This document shows positions 29,967-40,999 of a DNA stretch of 64,000 bases, piece after piece. Numbering within the stretch: the stretch's first letter is position 1; every line of letters begins with the position of its first letter. A program made the translations under genes and the position numbers. The stretch lies in the NCBI GenBank assembly GCA_038889075.1, contig JAWAHS010000002.1, positions 140,930-204,929 of the forward strand, written 5' to 3'. The stretch comes from Ignisphaera sp. (GTDB lineage: Archaea > Thermoproteota > Thermoprotei_A > Sulfolobales > Ignisphaeraceae). The notes below the pieces were generated by a model. That model was not told the DNA's origin. It saw only the letters and a program-made list of their open reading frames with translations, and did not search any database.

Positions 29967-30332
29967 CTATGTAATATCTTTAGCATCTAGACCAACATCC
30001 TTTAAGATAATTTCAGCAATTCTCTTTTTAATCTCCATATCATTTGTTGATGATAATATGAAACCTAGTGCAATTATCTTTGTACTCCTTCTAATTGCTG
30101 AAGTCAGGTTATCCATTGAGTCTCTAACTTCCCTAATACTTTGTATAACATGTATTAAGAGCTCCTGTATATGCTCAAGCTGGTGTACTACAGCATCAAT
30201 TCTGGAAACTCCACCTTCCTCGCTAAGGCTATGCTGGTGAATACTCTTTTCAATTTCCTCACTTATTTTTCTTACATCCTCTTCACTCTTAGGAATCTCC
30301 ATTCTACCGAATTTAATCACTATTGTCATCAC
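29967..30332 (-). CDS. Hypothetical coiled-coil protein
   Basis: 121 aa with heptad-like helices. TATA and GGTGA upstream. Confidence 0.65.
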   Translation of the reverse strand: MMTIVIKFGRMEIPKSEEDVRKISEEIEKSIHQHSLSEEGGVSRIDAVVHQLEHIQELLIHVIQSIREVRDSMDNLTSAIRRSTKIIALGFILSSTNDMEIKKRIAEIILKDVGLDAKDIT

Positions 30333-30494
30333 CTAGATTTTCGATCTCTCACAGTGAATTTATTATATATAATAACTAATATTTTTATTTTAATATCGAT
30401 CTAATTTATTTTAATAGATTTATCTTATACGATTTAACCTTTCCAGATCTTTGTGCAATATTTAATAGTAATGTTGTATCAATTAGTTGCTTTG

Positions 30495-30980
30495 TCATCT
30501 TATGTTATCTAGGTTTTCGTACTGGTAGCTACCTCGATAGGTAAAGCTTGTTTTTCTATCCATGTAAATGAATACAAGCTGGGCTATCTGAGCAGACGTC
30601 TCAATTTCTATTCCATTTGGATTGAAAACTACCATTAACCCCTCGCCTCTACCATTATATCCAGGATCCCATACAGCAGTATATATTGTTGCTCCTGCTC
30701 TTAATAGAGTTGATCTCGGTATTGCTAGAGCTATTGCATTGTTAGGAACCTCTATTACCTCTTTGTATCGTATTTTGTAGGGTCCAGGTCCGAGTATATA
30801 GAGATTCCTTTCATTAGGTTTAATTTCATCTACTTCAGGCAGATATTTATATTCGCGGTGTAGCTTACCTCTATCTTTAAAGACGAAGATTTTATCTAGA
30901 TGTAGCTTTAGACCAGCACAATCAATATCGTTAACTCTAAGGTTGAATATTTCTAAGAGTGTTTCAGGAGATAATATCAT
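30495..30980 (-). CDS. Trimeric dUTPase / dCTP deaminase family protein
   Basis: PRSTLLRAG, AVWDPGYNG, IAQLVF, YRGSYQ.EN. Confidence 0.88.
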   Translation of the reverse strand: MILSPETLLEIFNLRVNDIDCAGLKLHLDKIFVFKDRGKLHREYKYLPEVDEIKPNERNLYILGPGPYKIRYKEVIEVPNNAIALAIPRSTLLRAGATIYTAVWDPGYNGRGEGLMVVFNPNGIEIETSAQIAQLVFIYMDRKTSFTYRGSYQYENLDNIR

Positions 30981-31042
30981 TATACAGTTCCCGGTGAAGT
31001 GCTGTAGGTGTAGGAAATTTTATAAAACAGCATCCCTATCCA

Positions 31043-32869
31043 TTAATGGGCCACGGTCTTTGTTAAATACCTTGGGCTATCTATAGGTCTTCCCAATAGT
31101 ACACCAAGTCTATATGCCATAAATTGCAGTGGTATGGTCATGGCTATAGGAGTTAGATGTCTTTCAAAATATGGGATGCGTATTACGGTAGCCTGACTCA
31201 GACTATCTAGATACTGATCTGTATCAAATCCTATTACAACGGTTTTCGCACCTCTATCAATTGCAAGCCGAATGAGATCGTATGTAGGTAGTATAGCAGG
31301 CTTTTCAAAGGGTATGAGGAATATTGTGAATATTCCACTCTCTAATAAAGACTGCGGTCCATGTCTAAATTCACCAGCCTCTACACCCTCGGCATGAACA
31401 TATGCTGTCTCCTTAAACTTTAGAGCCCCTTCTAACGCGATTGGATACGTTATTCCTCTTGAAGTTATATAACCACTCCTACAGTTCATTATGTATTCGG
31501 TAGCTTTTGATGCTTCCATATCTATTCTCCGCATATGGTTTAGTAATACTTCGCCGAAAGACCACAGCTTCTTAATACGCTCCCTATATTCCGAGTCGTG
31601 TAGTCTTCCATTATGGCGTGAGGCATGTAGTGATATTAGGTATAGAAGCGTAAGTGTTGATGTAAAGGTTTTTGTAGCAGGTATAGCAATTTCAGGACCG
31701 GCAGCGACAGGCAGGTAAAGATTTGATAGATTGGCAAGTCTGGATCCTATATAGTTTGTTATACCCATAATAGTTGCACCTCTCACCTTGGCTTCGAAAA
31801 CAGATTGTATAACATCTTTGGTCTCACCAGATTGCGAAATGGCTATAATAACAGTACCTGGAGATACATTCTCTACATAATATAGTGGGAATTCAGCAGC
31901 GCTAACAACAATCGAATTTATTCCAGCAAGCTCAGAGAGGTAGTAAGAGGCTATTAGACCTGCATGGAGACTCGTACCATTACCTATGATAAATACATTC
32001 TTAGCATCGGAAACAAGTCTTGCTGCAAATGATAGATACTTTTCTTGTACTGATGATAGGGTTCTGAGAATAGAGTAAGGAATTTCATATATTTCTCTGA
32101 GCATGTGATGGGGATAACCATCTCTATCAATGTAATTGGGATCTATATCAAGTGCTCTGAAAGATTTCTGTCTCCTGCTCGAATCCAAAGTACTATAAAC
32201 TTCAATGCCATCTCTAGTAACTAGTGCTACTTCATCCCTTTCCAGTACAGTGTATCTATTCACAACACTGTAGAGAGCTCCCCTATTTGATGAAATAACG
32301 AATAGATTATCTGAAATACCTATAAACATGGGCATCAATGATGTATAGACAGCAATACAATTGCATTTAGAATTCAATATAGCAAAGCTATGAAGACCTG
32401 AAACCTTCTTTACAACATCCATGATAACGTCTGGAAAGTTGGACAGACTTTGAAGCAAATCTTCAATTAGATGGGCAATGATCTCGAAATCGCAGCGCGA
32501 TACAACTCTATGGCCTCTAAAAATAATTTCATCTTTCAATTTCTCATAGTTTGCAATAGCACCGTCTCCAACAACGGCTACAATACCATTACAGTCGGTA
32601 TGGGGCTGGGTATTCTCAGCATGAGGTTTACCATGTGTAGCGTATCTGGTGTGGCCTAATGCAATCCAGCTATTCCATTCACCTAATCTATACTTTTCTG
32701 CTACCATATCAATTCTTGTAGCATCTTTGAATACCTTAATGCCTCCATTAATAGGTATTGCTATTCCACTACCATCGAAACCTCTATACTCAAGTGCTTT
32801 GATACCCTGAATTACAATACCAATAACATTACGCCCATTACGAGAAACAGCGCCGAAGATTCCACCCAT
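31043..32869 (-). CDS. glmS: GlmS-like protein (GATase-2 plus two SIS domains) with a degenerate glutaminase site
   Basis: LEYRGFDGSG, GHTRYATHG, SQSGET, ATKTFT, ALKFKE, EFRHGP, PRYLTK. N-terminus is MGG rather than MCG. Confidence 0.8.
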   Translation of the reverse strand: MGGIFGAVSRNGRNVIGIVIQGIKALEYRGFDGSGIAIPINGGIKVFKDATRIDMVAEKYRLGEWNSWIALGHTRYATHGKPHAENTQPHTDCNGIVAVVGDGAIANYEKLKDEIIFRGHRVVSRCDFEIIAHLIEDLLQSLSNFPDVIMDVVKKVSGLHSFAILNSKCNCIAVYTSLMPMFIGISDNLFVISSNRGALYSVVNRYTVLERDEVALVTRDGIEVYSTLDSSRRQKSFRALDIDPNYIDRDGYPHHMLREIYEIPYSILRTLSSVQEKYLSFAARLVSDAKNVFIIGNGTSLHAGLIASYYLSELAGINSIVVSAAEFPLYYVENVSPGTVIIAISQSGETKDVIQSVFEAKVRGATIMGITNYIGSRLANLSNLYLPVAAGPEIAIPATKTFTSTLTLLYLISLHASRHNGRLHDSEYRERIKKLWSFGEVLLNHMRRIDMEASKATEYIMNCRSGYITSRGITYPIALEGALKFKETAYVHAEGVEAGEFRHGPQSLLESGIFTIFLIPFEKPAILPTYDLIRLAIDRGAKTVVIGFDTDQYLDSLSQATVIRIPYFERHLTPIAMTIPLQFMAYRLGVLLGRPIDSPRYLTKTVAH

Positions 32870-32930
32870 AATTTTCCACCTGAATAATACTGTTCTGGTA
32901 GCTTAGTATATGGCAACTTTATATAAAATT

Positions 32931-33608
32931 TTAACTGTTAATTGTAATTTGTGGTATTAGATATCCAGATTGGTATCTGATAATACCCATAGCAACGGAT
33001 CTTCTAATAGCATTCAATACGAACTCTCTATCGTATCCTAATGTTTTAACCATATATCTAAGTAGCTCTGAGGCCTTTATAGAACCAAATTCCTTTACAT
33101 GATTTACAACCTCCCTATATATCAGTACAACATCCTCCGGTATCTCCAATTTATATATGGAGCAGCCTTTTACGCCCAATACAACAATATTACCCTCATG
33201 GGCATCCAATATACTGTATGTATTTGGGTTAATTTTTCTAACCTTGTATACATTCCATGCAGAATTTCCAAGCTTATGAATGCGGTGAAGCTTTTCTGCC
33301 AATACAAAAATCTTATTTGTGGTTGTGAGACAACTTAACAATTCATCTGCATCGATATTGTTAAGGATTATAATATGTGCATAGACATTATCTAGGCATT
33401 TAAAACTATCTATTAAGAGAATGTTATTACCATCTCTAATTATTTCTCTAATTAAATACGATGGAATTTTATATGAAGTCGCTATTACAATGTTTTTAGA
33501 CGACAGATGTGACAATTCATTTGCAATATTCAAGCCTAACATAATATTAAAATTGATAAATGGTGAAATTATGATGGCTCTATCTTGATTAATAATATTA
33601 GTAAGCAT
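32931..33608 (-). CDS. Hypothetical protein (possible degenerate P-loop fold plus C-terminal winged helix)
   Basis: 225 aa. C-terminal GSIKASELL...LGYDREFVLNAIRRSVAMGII..QSGY is wHTH-like. Confidence 0.55.
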   Translation of the reverse strand: MLTNIINQDRAIIISPFINFNIMLGLNIANELSHLSSKNIVIATSYKIPSYLIREIIRDGNNILLIDSFKCLDNVYAHIIILNNIDADELLSCLTTTNKIFVLAEKLHRIHKLGNSAWNVYKVRKINPNTYSILDAHEGNIVVLGVKGCSIYKLEIPEDVVLIYREVVNHVKEFGSIKASELLRYMVKTLGYDREFVLNAIRRSVAMGIIRYQSGYLIPQITINS

Positions 33609-33736
33609 AGTATATACCTATCTATACCTTATACATACTTCAGTGCTAAAAGGTTATAGCAATTTACTATAATGGTTTGGTAGAAGCAGGACATCTTTTC
33701 CATAGTTTCAGAGACACCATGTTAACTAAACTATGA

Positions 33737-34951
33737 TTAACTAAAATGTGTGGTATTTTCGGCGATTCCCATGTTAAAAAGCTTATGGAGTCTTTCGAGT
33801 GCCTTTCTTTTAATTTTTATATCTATTCTTGCCTCCGCTATTGCTTCTTCAAGAAATGCTATAGTTTCTCTCATAACGCTTAGCTTTATAGGATAGGGCA
33901 CACCATCTTTACCTCCGTGTGCATAGGAATATATGAATGGATCTAGTGGATGGGTAACGGGATCTTTGGATGAAGGTTCCTCTCCATATACTAGATTAGC
34001 AATAAGTGCTAGAGCTCTCATAGTTTCAGCTCCTACACCCTTTAATATTAGGAGCTCTTCAAAACTTGATGGTTTAATATCTGATAGAACGTGTAATGCT
34101 CGTTCTATTCGATTTATGTTGATAATAGGTTTGTAGAGTAGTGGGTTTTCCATAGGATCTACATCCTTAATAGAACTTAAATTATGTAGGCTATTTCCTT
34201 TGCTGATCCATGATTCAAGGGATAGGTTATTTTTAAGCATACGATTTATTTCAGCTATCTTTCTTACCAATATACTTGGCGAGGCTGAATTGATTAAATC
34301 TATAATAGTTCTTCTAATGCTTTTAGAAGAATGGTCAACAAGATTCAATGCTTTACCAATAGAGTTGCACGCAATACCACTATGTGGATCAGTCTCTGCT
34401 GTGACCATGTTATATATATGGTATCGGCGAGCCATTTTTAAATCGGTATTCATACCCTGTTGAATAACAGTCCATGTATTATTGCGTGACAATATAATGC
34501 TGTGAATGTATAGGGAGTATCCATCTTGCAGTGCAGCACTATCTATCTTTGCAGATAGCATACTTATGTATTTAAGATTATCAACATCAACATCACCACT
34601 TCTATCTAAAATGTCTGCCTCATCTAAAATATATCTAGAATCAATCCCCTTACCTCCTAGTACAGCTATACCCAAATCATTGAAGGTATATACGTTAGCA
34701 AAATCCTTAAGAACATAGAGAACAACTGTTGTAGAACCACTGCTATCCCAATCCATACCAATTACATTATTAAAGGCTTGAAACCATAGAGGATCCGATA
34801 ATCTTTCAATAAGCTTATCAGGTCCAAAAACATCGATTATGTATAGGGCTATTGCTCTTCCAAGTTTCTTCATGTACTGTAGGAGTCCTGGTGGTACATG
34901 TCCAGTGTGAAGGGGCAGTTCAGCCGATCCCTTTACATGCATATCTATCAA
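33737..34951 (-). CDS. DUF763 family protein
   Basis: AELPLHTGHVP, RLSDPLWFQA, GMDWDSSGSTT, QQGMN, GVGAETMRAL, AHGGKDGVPYP. Confidence 0.9.
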   Translation of the reverse strand: MIDMHVKGSAELPLHTGHVPPGLLQYMKKLGRAIALYIIDVFGPDKLIERLSDPLWFQAFNNVIGMDWDSSGSTTVVLYVLKDFANVYTFNDLGIAVLGGKGIDSRYILDEADILDRSGDVDVDNLKYISMLSAKIDSAALQDGYSLYIHSIILSRNNTWTVIQQGMNTDLKMARRYHIYNMVTAETDPHSGIACNSIGKALNLVDHSSKSIRRTIIDLINSASPSILVRKIAEINRMLKNNLSLESWISKGNSLHNLSSIKDVDPMENPLLYKPIININRIERALHVLSDIKPSSFEELLILKGVGAETMRALALIANLVYGEEPSSKDPVTHPLDPFIYSYAHGGKDGVPYPIKLSVMRETIAFLEEAIAEARIDIKIKRKALERLHKLFNMGIAENTTHFS

Positions 34952-35070
34952 GTTATTGCCTTACCTTTAGGACATTTATAAATACAGACCCTCTAGCAAA
35001 AGTGATTTGAACATCCAATGCTTACATAGGTTTATATCCTTAATTTGTAGCTAAATACTTGGTGATATCG

Positions 35071-36678
35071 TTGATTATAGCACCTATAAGGATTAGTGAT
35101 GTATGGCTACTGACCTTTGAATACGATGGTATAGCATCTCTAGGTGGGCTTGGAAGGGCTGTTGCAATGTATGCAAGAGGACTTGTTAAAGAGGGATACA
35201 AGGTTACGGTTTTCATGCCTTCTCATGGAAGGCATCTCTCTCAGAATATACGGGGGCTGAGATCTGTTGAGGGGTTTACTGCCTGTGGACATAGGATTGG
35301 TATTGATGGTAATAGATATCGGTACTGTATGGGAGCTGATGAAGTTAATATTGATGGTGTTAGGGTAATACTATTTAAGGGGTTGGATAGCGCTACTGGT
35401 AAGTTTCTTGATGATTGGAGCATCTATGCAAATGTTGAAGAAAAAGTCTGTCTATATACTAGGGCACTTATACACTGGATAGATAGATTCAATGAAATTC
35501 CTCACATAATTCACTCAAATGATTGGACCACAGCATTGGCGGGAGCAGCATTGAAGGTGTTCTTCGAGATGAAGGGCTATTCTATTCCTTTTGTATATTC
35601 AATTCATCTACTATCATGGAAGTCTTTTCCTTGGCACTACGCTTCTAGTGACTGGTGTGGTATACCAGATGTTCTACACAGAATATGGAGATTTAATAGA
35701 CATGAGACTGTAACTACGAGAGCTCTCTGGGACAGTGTTTATGGCAGTGTTGATCAGTATGCGGCAATAGAGTCTGATGTGCTAGTAACAAATAGCTGGA
35801 GCTATATGGATGAGATTCTGAGTCGATTTGGCAGGTGGATGGAGGAGAAGACATTTGTTATACATAACGTTACTGATTGGAAGGTTGAAGATGTTGAGAG
35901 TGAGGTGGAGAGAATGCTTGGTATGAAAAGCCGTATTGAGATTAGGAGAAGGGTGTTGAATATGTTAAGTAGAGAATTGTCTACGAGAAAAAGTGGTGAA
36001 TTAAGTGATTGCAGATTTCTCATCTCTGCTGCGGGGAGGATTACGTGGAGTAAAGGTTTTGATCTCCTTATTAACGCGTTAGATCATGTCAATAGAGATG
36101 TTTGTGCCGTGATAATGGGTATACCAATAGGGGACTCGGAGTATGAAAGATTTCTCTCTAATATTGCTAGCAGTAGATGGGGTAGAGTGTTGGTTATTCT
36201 AGACCAAGTTGAACGGACGTTGCTAAAGCTCATAATATATGCATCAAACGTATTTGTAGTGCCATCAAGATATGAACCCTTTGGAATGGTGTCTATAGAG
36301 GCTCAAGCATTAGGAACGCCAGTAGTTGTTAGCGCTGTTGGCGGGCTCCCGGAGACAATTATAGATCTGAGATACGATCCTACTTATGGTAGTGGTATAG
36401 CTATACAATTAAACGATCTGTACAGCATGGGTGAGGCCATAAACGACCTATCGTGTCTGACAGAGTTTGCAGATACCAATGATAGGGGTGTTCTAGATCG
36501 CCTTAGAAGCTCATGGGCTATAAACGCTGTAAGAAGAAACCCACAGATTAATGTAAGGGATAATGCAATCAAATGGGTTGAAAGTAAATTTAGAGAGAAT
36601 AGATTGAGAGAGTTGTTAAGATCTTGCTATGAAAAGGCGAGAAACTACGCTTACTATAGAGCCTTGACACCTCTATAG
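35071..36678 (+). CDS. Glycogen/starch synthase-like GT-B glycosyltransferase
   Basis: SLGGLG, VFMPSHG, HSNDW, GRITWSKGFD, PSRYEPFG..SIEA..LGTP. Confidence 0.85.
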   Translation: MIIAPIRISDVWLLTFEYDGIASLGGLGRAVAMYARGLVKEGYKVTVFMPSHGRHLSQNIRGLRSVEGFTACGHRIGIDGNRYRYCMGADEVNIDGVRVILFKGLDSATGKFLDDWSIYANVEEKVCLYTRALIHWIDRFNEIPHIIHSNDWTTALAGAALKVFFEMKGYSIPFVYSIHLLSWKSFPWHYASSDWCGIPDVLHRIWRFNRHETVTTRALWDSVYGSVDQYAAIESDVLVTNSWSYMDEILSRFGRWMEEKTFVIHNVTDWKVEDVESEVERMLGMKSRIEIRRRVLNMLSRELSTRKSGELSDCRFLISAAGRITWSKGFDLLINALDHVNRDVCAVIMGIPIGDSEYERFLSNIASSRWGRVLVILDQVERTLLKLIIYASNVFVVPSRYEPFGMVSIEAQALGTPVVVSAVGGLPETIIDLRYDPTYGSGIAIQLNDLYSMGEAINDLSCLTEFADTNDRGVLDRLRSSWAINAVRRNPQINVRDNAIKWVESKFRENRLRELLRSCYEKARNYAYYRALTPL

Positions 36679-36745
36679 AAATGTGTCTGATATAGGTAAA
36701 GCTTTTTAGGTAAGGGGTCCTTCAGGCTATAGCTGAAGATGAGAC

Positions 36746-37750
36746 TTGATGGTTTTAGCAATTGAAGTTCGGGATCTAGTTAAAATCTATCCGGGTGGAG
36801 TTAAAGCATTAAATGGTGTAAATCTAGATGTAGATGAAGGTAAAATCTATGCTCTTCTAGGTCCTAATGGAGCTGGTAAAACTACACTAATTAGAATTAT
36901 AACTACGCAGATTAGACAGACAAAAGGTTATGTGAAAGTTTTTGGATATGATACATCTATCCAGGGATCTAGAGTTAGAGCATTAATAGGATATGTCCCG
37001 CAAGAAATGTCGCTATGGAATGATCTGACTGGATATGAAAATATGCTAATCTACTCCAAGATTTATGGAATACCATCTAGTAAGAGGAGAGGACTTATTG
37101 AGGAACTTTTAGAGTTCATGGATTTAGAGGAAGCCTCCAATAGAATTGTTAGAACATATTCAGGAGGAATGATTAGGAGATTGGAGATAGCGATAGCTTT
37201 AATGCATAAACCAAGGCTGTTGGTTCTCGATGAGCCAACAATAGGTTTAGACCCCGTGGCTAGAAAGCTTGTGTGGGAAAAGATTAGTGAGTATCGAAAA
37301 GAGTATGATATGACGATATTCTTTGCCACACACTATATGGATGAAGCTGATAGATATGCAGATTACATAGCACTTATGAATCGTGGAGTGGTGATAGCTA
37401 GAGGTAGAGCTGATGAGCTTAAACAGACCATTGAAGGTAATAGGGTGACGCTAAGGCTATCTACGAGTAGTACTGATATCATCAATATCGTTAGTAAAAC
37501 AGAGGGTGTTGAGATCCTCAGTTTTAATGGTGACACAATAGAATTTACGGTGCAAAATATATCGTATGTTTTACCGAAGATTCTAGAGGAGCTGTTTCGA
37601 AACAATCTTAAAATCTGTGAAATAAAGATACATGAGGCAACGCTTGATGATGTTTTTATAAAGCTGACGGGTAGGAGAATATCCGAGGAAGAGCATGGTA
37701 GGTACAGAGAAGCCGTTACTGTGAGAAAAATGATTAGACGGGGTAGCTAA
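36746..37750 (+). CDS. ABC exporter ATP-binding protein (DrrA-like)
   Basis: GPNGAGKTT, YSGGM, LDEPT.GLDP, THYMDEA, TLDDVFI.LTG. Confidence 0.93.
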   Translation: MMVLAIEVRDLVKIYPGGVKALNGVNLDVDEGKIYALLGPNGAGKTTLIRIITTQIRQTKGYVKVFGYDTSIQGSRVRALIGYVPQEMSLWNDLTGYENMLIYSKIYGIPSSKRRGLIEELLEFMDLEEASNRIVRTYSGGMIRRLEIAIALMHKPRLLVLDEPTIGLDPVARKLVWEKISEYRKEYDMTIFFATHYMDEADRYADYIALMNRGVVIARGRADELKQTIEGNRVTLRLSTSSTDIINIVSKTEGVEILSFNGDTIEFTVQNISYVLPKILEELFRNNLKICEIKIHEATLDDVFIKLTGRRISEEEHGRYREAVTVRKMIRRGS

Positions 37751-37752
37751 AG

Positions 37753-38523
37753 GTGTATGAAAGACTTCAAGCTATAGTACTATCCATTTTAGCAATGATT
37801 GAAATGGAGCTTAGAAGACTTAGACACGATCCACTAGAAATTATTACAAGGGCAATACAGCCTGTTCTCTGGGTATCGGTATTTGGTGTCGTAATGGCTA
37901 GGGTCAGAGCATTTCAAGGTGTTGGAGACTATATAACATTTATTACTCCTGGTGTGATACTTCAATCATCAACATTTATTGCATTAGCGTACGGAATATC
38001 GTTAGTGTTTGAAAGAGATTTAGGGATATTAAAGAAACTGGTTACATCCCCAATACCTAGAAGCTCTATAGTTATCGGAAGAGCTCTTGCTGGTGGGATA
38101 AGAGCCTCTACTCAATATATTATAGTTCTCGCATCTGCCATAGCTGTAGGAGCCAAAATTATTGTCAATCCAGTAAATCTACTATCGGGTTACATCTTCC
38201 TCATATATGGCTGTATGGGCTTTACATCGCTATCTATGATATTAGCAATAACTATGAAAACCCGTGAACGGTTTATGGGAATAATTGGTGCTATAACTAT
38301 GCCATTATTTTTTGCAAGCAACGCTCTCTATCCAATTGATGTAATGCCTGGAATCATAAAGCACCTTGCTATCATAAATCCTCTGACCTACATTGTAGAT
38401 ATGCTCAGAAAACTGCTTGTATACAATTCATGTGAAATCCTAAACGATATAGTCATATTAACAGTATTTGTAGTCGGTGTAACAGGAATAGCCATAAAGA
38501 TATTGAATAGAATAGTGGAATAG
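37753..38523 (+). CDS. ABC-2 type permease
   Basis: About six TM helices, PLFFASNALYP, INPLTY.VD; coupled to the ATPase gene. Confidence 0.9.
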   Translation: MYERLQAIVLSILAMIEMELRRLRHDPLEIITRAIQPVLWVSVFGVVMARVRAFQGVGDYITFITPGVILQSSTFIALAYGISLVFERDLGILKKLVTSPIPRSSIVIGRALAGGIRASTQYIIVLASAIAVGAKIIVNPVNLLSGYIFLIYGCMGFTSLSMILAITMKTRERFMGIIGAITMPLFFASNALYPIDVMPGIIKHLAIINPLTYIVDMLRKLLVYNSCEILNDIVILTVFVVGVTGIAIKILNRIVE

Positions 38524-38745
38524 CAGCATCTAAAGTACAGTCTAGATAGAGAGTTCTATTTCAAACGCTTATAGGCTTCTCAGGATACATCATCTTTATT
38601 ACATGCTTATTGTAATTGCTAGTTGTCTCTATGTATGTTGTACTATCCTTGGGTTACCACGATTAGAAGCTGTAGCTATAATTATAGACAAATATTTTAC
38701 CTTTAAGCACAGTATATCTAAAGTGTAATACAATGGCGTTGGCCT

Positions 38746-39132
38746 ATGAAGTTAAGGAATCTATTTAGTGCAGATGAAGGCGTTAGAGTAGCCGTTGAAT
38801 TGGATAGTATAGAAAGAGCCGTATTGAATAATGTATATGGCGTTGATGTTTGCACATCTAAGTATAGAATTGTAAGGTTATTAGAGCTTTTCAACAGTTT
38901 GAGAGCACTATTGGCACTTTACAAATCGTCCACTAAGAAATTTGATAGTGGCTGTTTTATTGTTCTAAGTGAAGATGATTCTGGTTGGAATATGGTTAAG
39001 GCATTCTGTAGGGATAAAGGATTTGATGACAAGGAAAGCTGTGTTCACCATATTATTGATATTTTAACTGAGTTCCTCCACACTATTGCTGTATTTCAGC
39101 AAATGGAGTTGTCTAGGGGCGAGAACCGTTGA
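38746..39132 (+). CDS. Hypothetical protein
   Basis: 128 aa; stop overlaps the next start (TTGA). Confidence 0.55.
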   Translation: MKLRNLFSADEGVRVAVELDSIERAVLNNVYGVDVCTSKYRIVRLLELFNSLRALLALYKSSTKKFDSGCFIVLSEDDSGWNMVKAFCRDKGFDDKESCVHHIIDILTEFLHTIAVFQQMELSRGENR

Positions 39133-39773
39133 ACATATATACACTTGTTATTCAAACCCTAATGATCTCACCATCAGGTGCTTTAAGCCCTGGTCCTCTA
39201 ACCTTTGCTACAATGGCGTTGGGCATCAATGGTGGTTGGAGGAAAGGTGTATATGTTGCATTAGGTCATACATTTTTTGAACTGCCCTACATCGCATTAA
39301 TAGCATTTTTCATGAATATTATTAGGGATATTCTTTCTGGTTCTATAGGAGATTTAATAACAATAGCTGGTGTAACAATAATACTATTCTTTGCACTATC
39401 GCTTATTAAAGACTCTATAAAGGGTTCCAACCCAGATGCTAGAAATGTTATTAGTGGAATAGGTAATGCTTTTGTCATGGGATTCCTATTTACTTCATTA
39501 AATGTGTTCTTTTTATTGTGGTGGTTAAGTATAGGATTTAGCTTAATACTACTAGCACTTGAGGCGGGCTTCGTGGGACTCTTAACAATGTATCTTGCTC
39601 ATATTTGGATGGACTTTTTATGGCTTTCACTTGTCGCTGAAGCTGGAAAAAGAGGTACGGTAATATTCGGAAGGCGGGGCTATAGAATAATGCTAGCATT
39701 ATTTGGTATACTACTCCTGTTTTTTGGCATAAATACAGTACTAAAGAGGTTTTTCTCCATATCATTACTATAA
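39129..39773 (+). CDS. LysE family transporter
   Basis: SGALSPGP, GHTFFE, LNVFFLLWW; highly hydrophobic. Confidence 0.85.
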   Translation: MNIYTLVIQTLMISPSGALSPGPLTFATMALGINGGWRKGVYVALGHTFFELPYIALIAFFMNIIRDILSGSIGDLITIAGVTIILFFALSLIKDSIKGSNPDARNVISGIGNAFVMGFLFTSLNVFFLLWWLSIGFSLILLALEAGFVGLLTMYLAHIWMDFLWLSLVAEAGKRGTVIFGRRGYRIMLALFGILLLFFGINTVLKRFFSISLL

Positions 39774-39847
39774 ACTTTTTTAAATTCAGCAGATAATCAG
39801 TAATATTTGACATAGATGTATAGTCTGCAAAAAGGTGGTAGGCTTTT

Positions 39848-40999
39848 GTGGAACTAAATACAACACCTATCACACCGTGGGAAGCAGAAGCCTTTGTAGA
39901 TTATGATAAGCTTATAAAGATATTCGGAGCAAAACCCCTTACGGATAATGAAGTGGATATGCTAAAAAGTGTTACCAACGATGTACACATAATGATTCAT
40001 AGGAGGGTATTCTATTCCCATAGGGACTTCGATAAATTTCTAGAAGCATATAAATTTGGTAAAAAGTGTGCTCTATATACGGGTAGAGGACCCTCAGGAA
40101 ATACGCATCTTGGTCACATACTTCCATGGATCTTCACTAAGTGGCTTCAAGATAGGCTCGGATTAGATCTATTCTTCCAGATGACTGATGATGAAAAGTT
40201 TTGGCATAGTGAAGAAAAGGATCTTGAAGACTTTAATAGTCTTGCGTATGAAAACATTCTCGACTTAGCTGCACTTGGCCTAGATTATAGGAAAACGCAT
40301 GTAATAATTGATTCAGAGGATATAAGATACATGTATCCAATAGCCATAAAGGTAGCTAAAAAGATCACATTGTCCATTCAGAAGGCAACATTTGGCTTTA
40401 CAGACTCTACAAATATCGGCATGATATTTTATCCAACTCTGCAAATGACTGTAGCATTCTTACCATCAGAGTTATTTGGAGAACCTGTTGTAACGCTCAT
40501 ACCTGCTGGTATTGATCAAGATCCGTACTGGAGAATTGCAAGGGATATCGCTACTTCATTAGGGTACCCAAAGCCTTCTCAAATTCACAGCAAACTTCTT
40601 CCCGGACTTGGTATAGGTGGTAAAATGTCTTCATCGAAACCTGAAACCGCTATATATACAACAGATCCTCCCGAGTTGGCGTATAGTAAGGTAATGAAGG
40701 CTTATACTGGTGGTCAGCCTACTGCTGAACTTCAACGAAAGCTCGGAGGGAATCCTGATGCATGTCCGGTATACAAGATGTATGAGATGATATTTGAAGA
40801 AAATGATATGAGGCTAAATGAGAGATACCATTTGTGTAGGGGAGGAGGTTTGTTATGTGGTGAATGTAAAGCTGAACTCGGTGATAGAATAGCTAGATTT
40901 TTGAAAGAGCATCAAAGTAGGAGGATTAAGGCTGTAGACTATATTGAGAAATACCTTATCAGAACCAAATTTGCACCACCGATGATAAAGAGAACCTAA
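39848..40999 (+). CDS. trpS: Tryptophan--tRNA ligase
   Basis: TPWE, YTGRGPSG.THLGH, QMTDDEK, DQDPY, KMSSS. Confidence 0.95.
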   Translation: MELNTTPITPWEAEAFVDYDKLIKIFGAKPLTDNEVDMLKSVTNDVHIMIHRRVFYSHRDFDKFLEAYKFGKKCALYTGRGPSGNTHLGHILPWIFTKWLQDRLGLDLFFQMTDDEKFWHSEEKDLEDFNSLAYENILDLAALGLDYRKTHVIIDSEDIRYMYPIAIKVAKKITLSIQKATFGFTDSTNIGMIFYPTLQMTVAFLPSELFGEPVVTLIPAGIDQDPYWRIARDIATSLGYPKPSQIHSKLLPGLGIGGKMSSSKPETAIYTTDPPELAYSKVMKAYTGGQPTAELQRKLGGNPDACPVYKMYEMIFEENDMRLNERYHLCRGGGLLCGECKAELGDRIARFLKEHQSRRIKAVDYIEKYLIRTKFAPPMIKRT

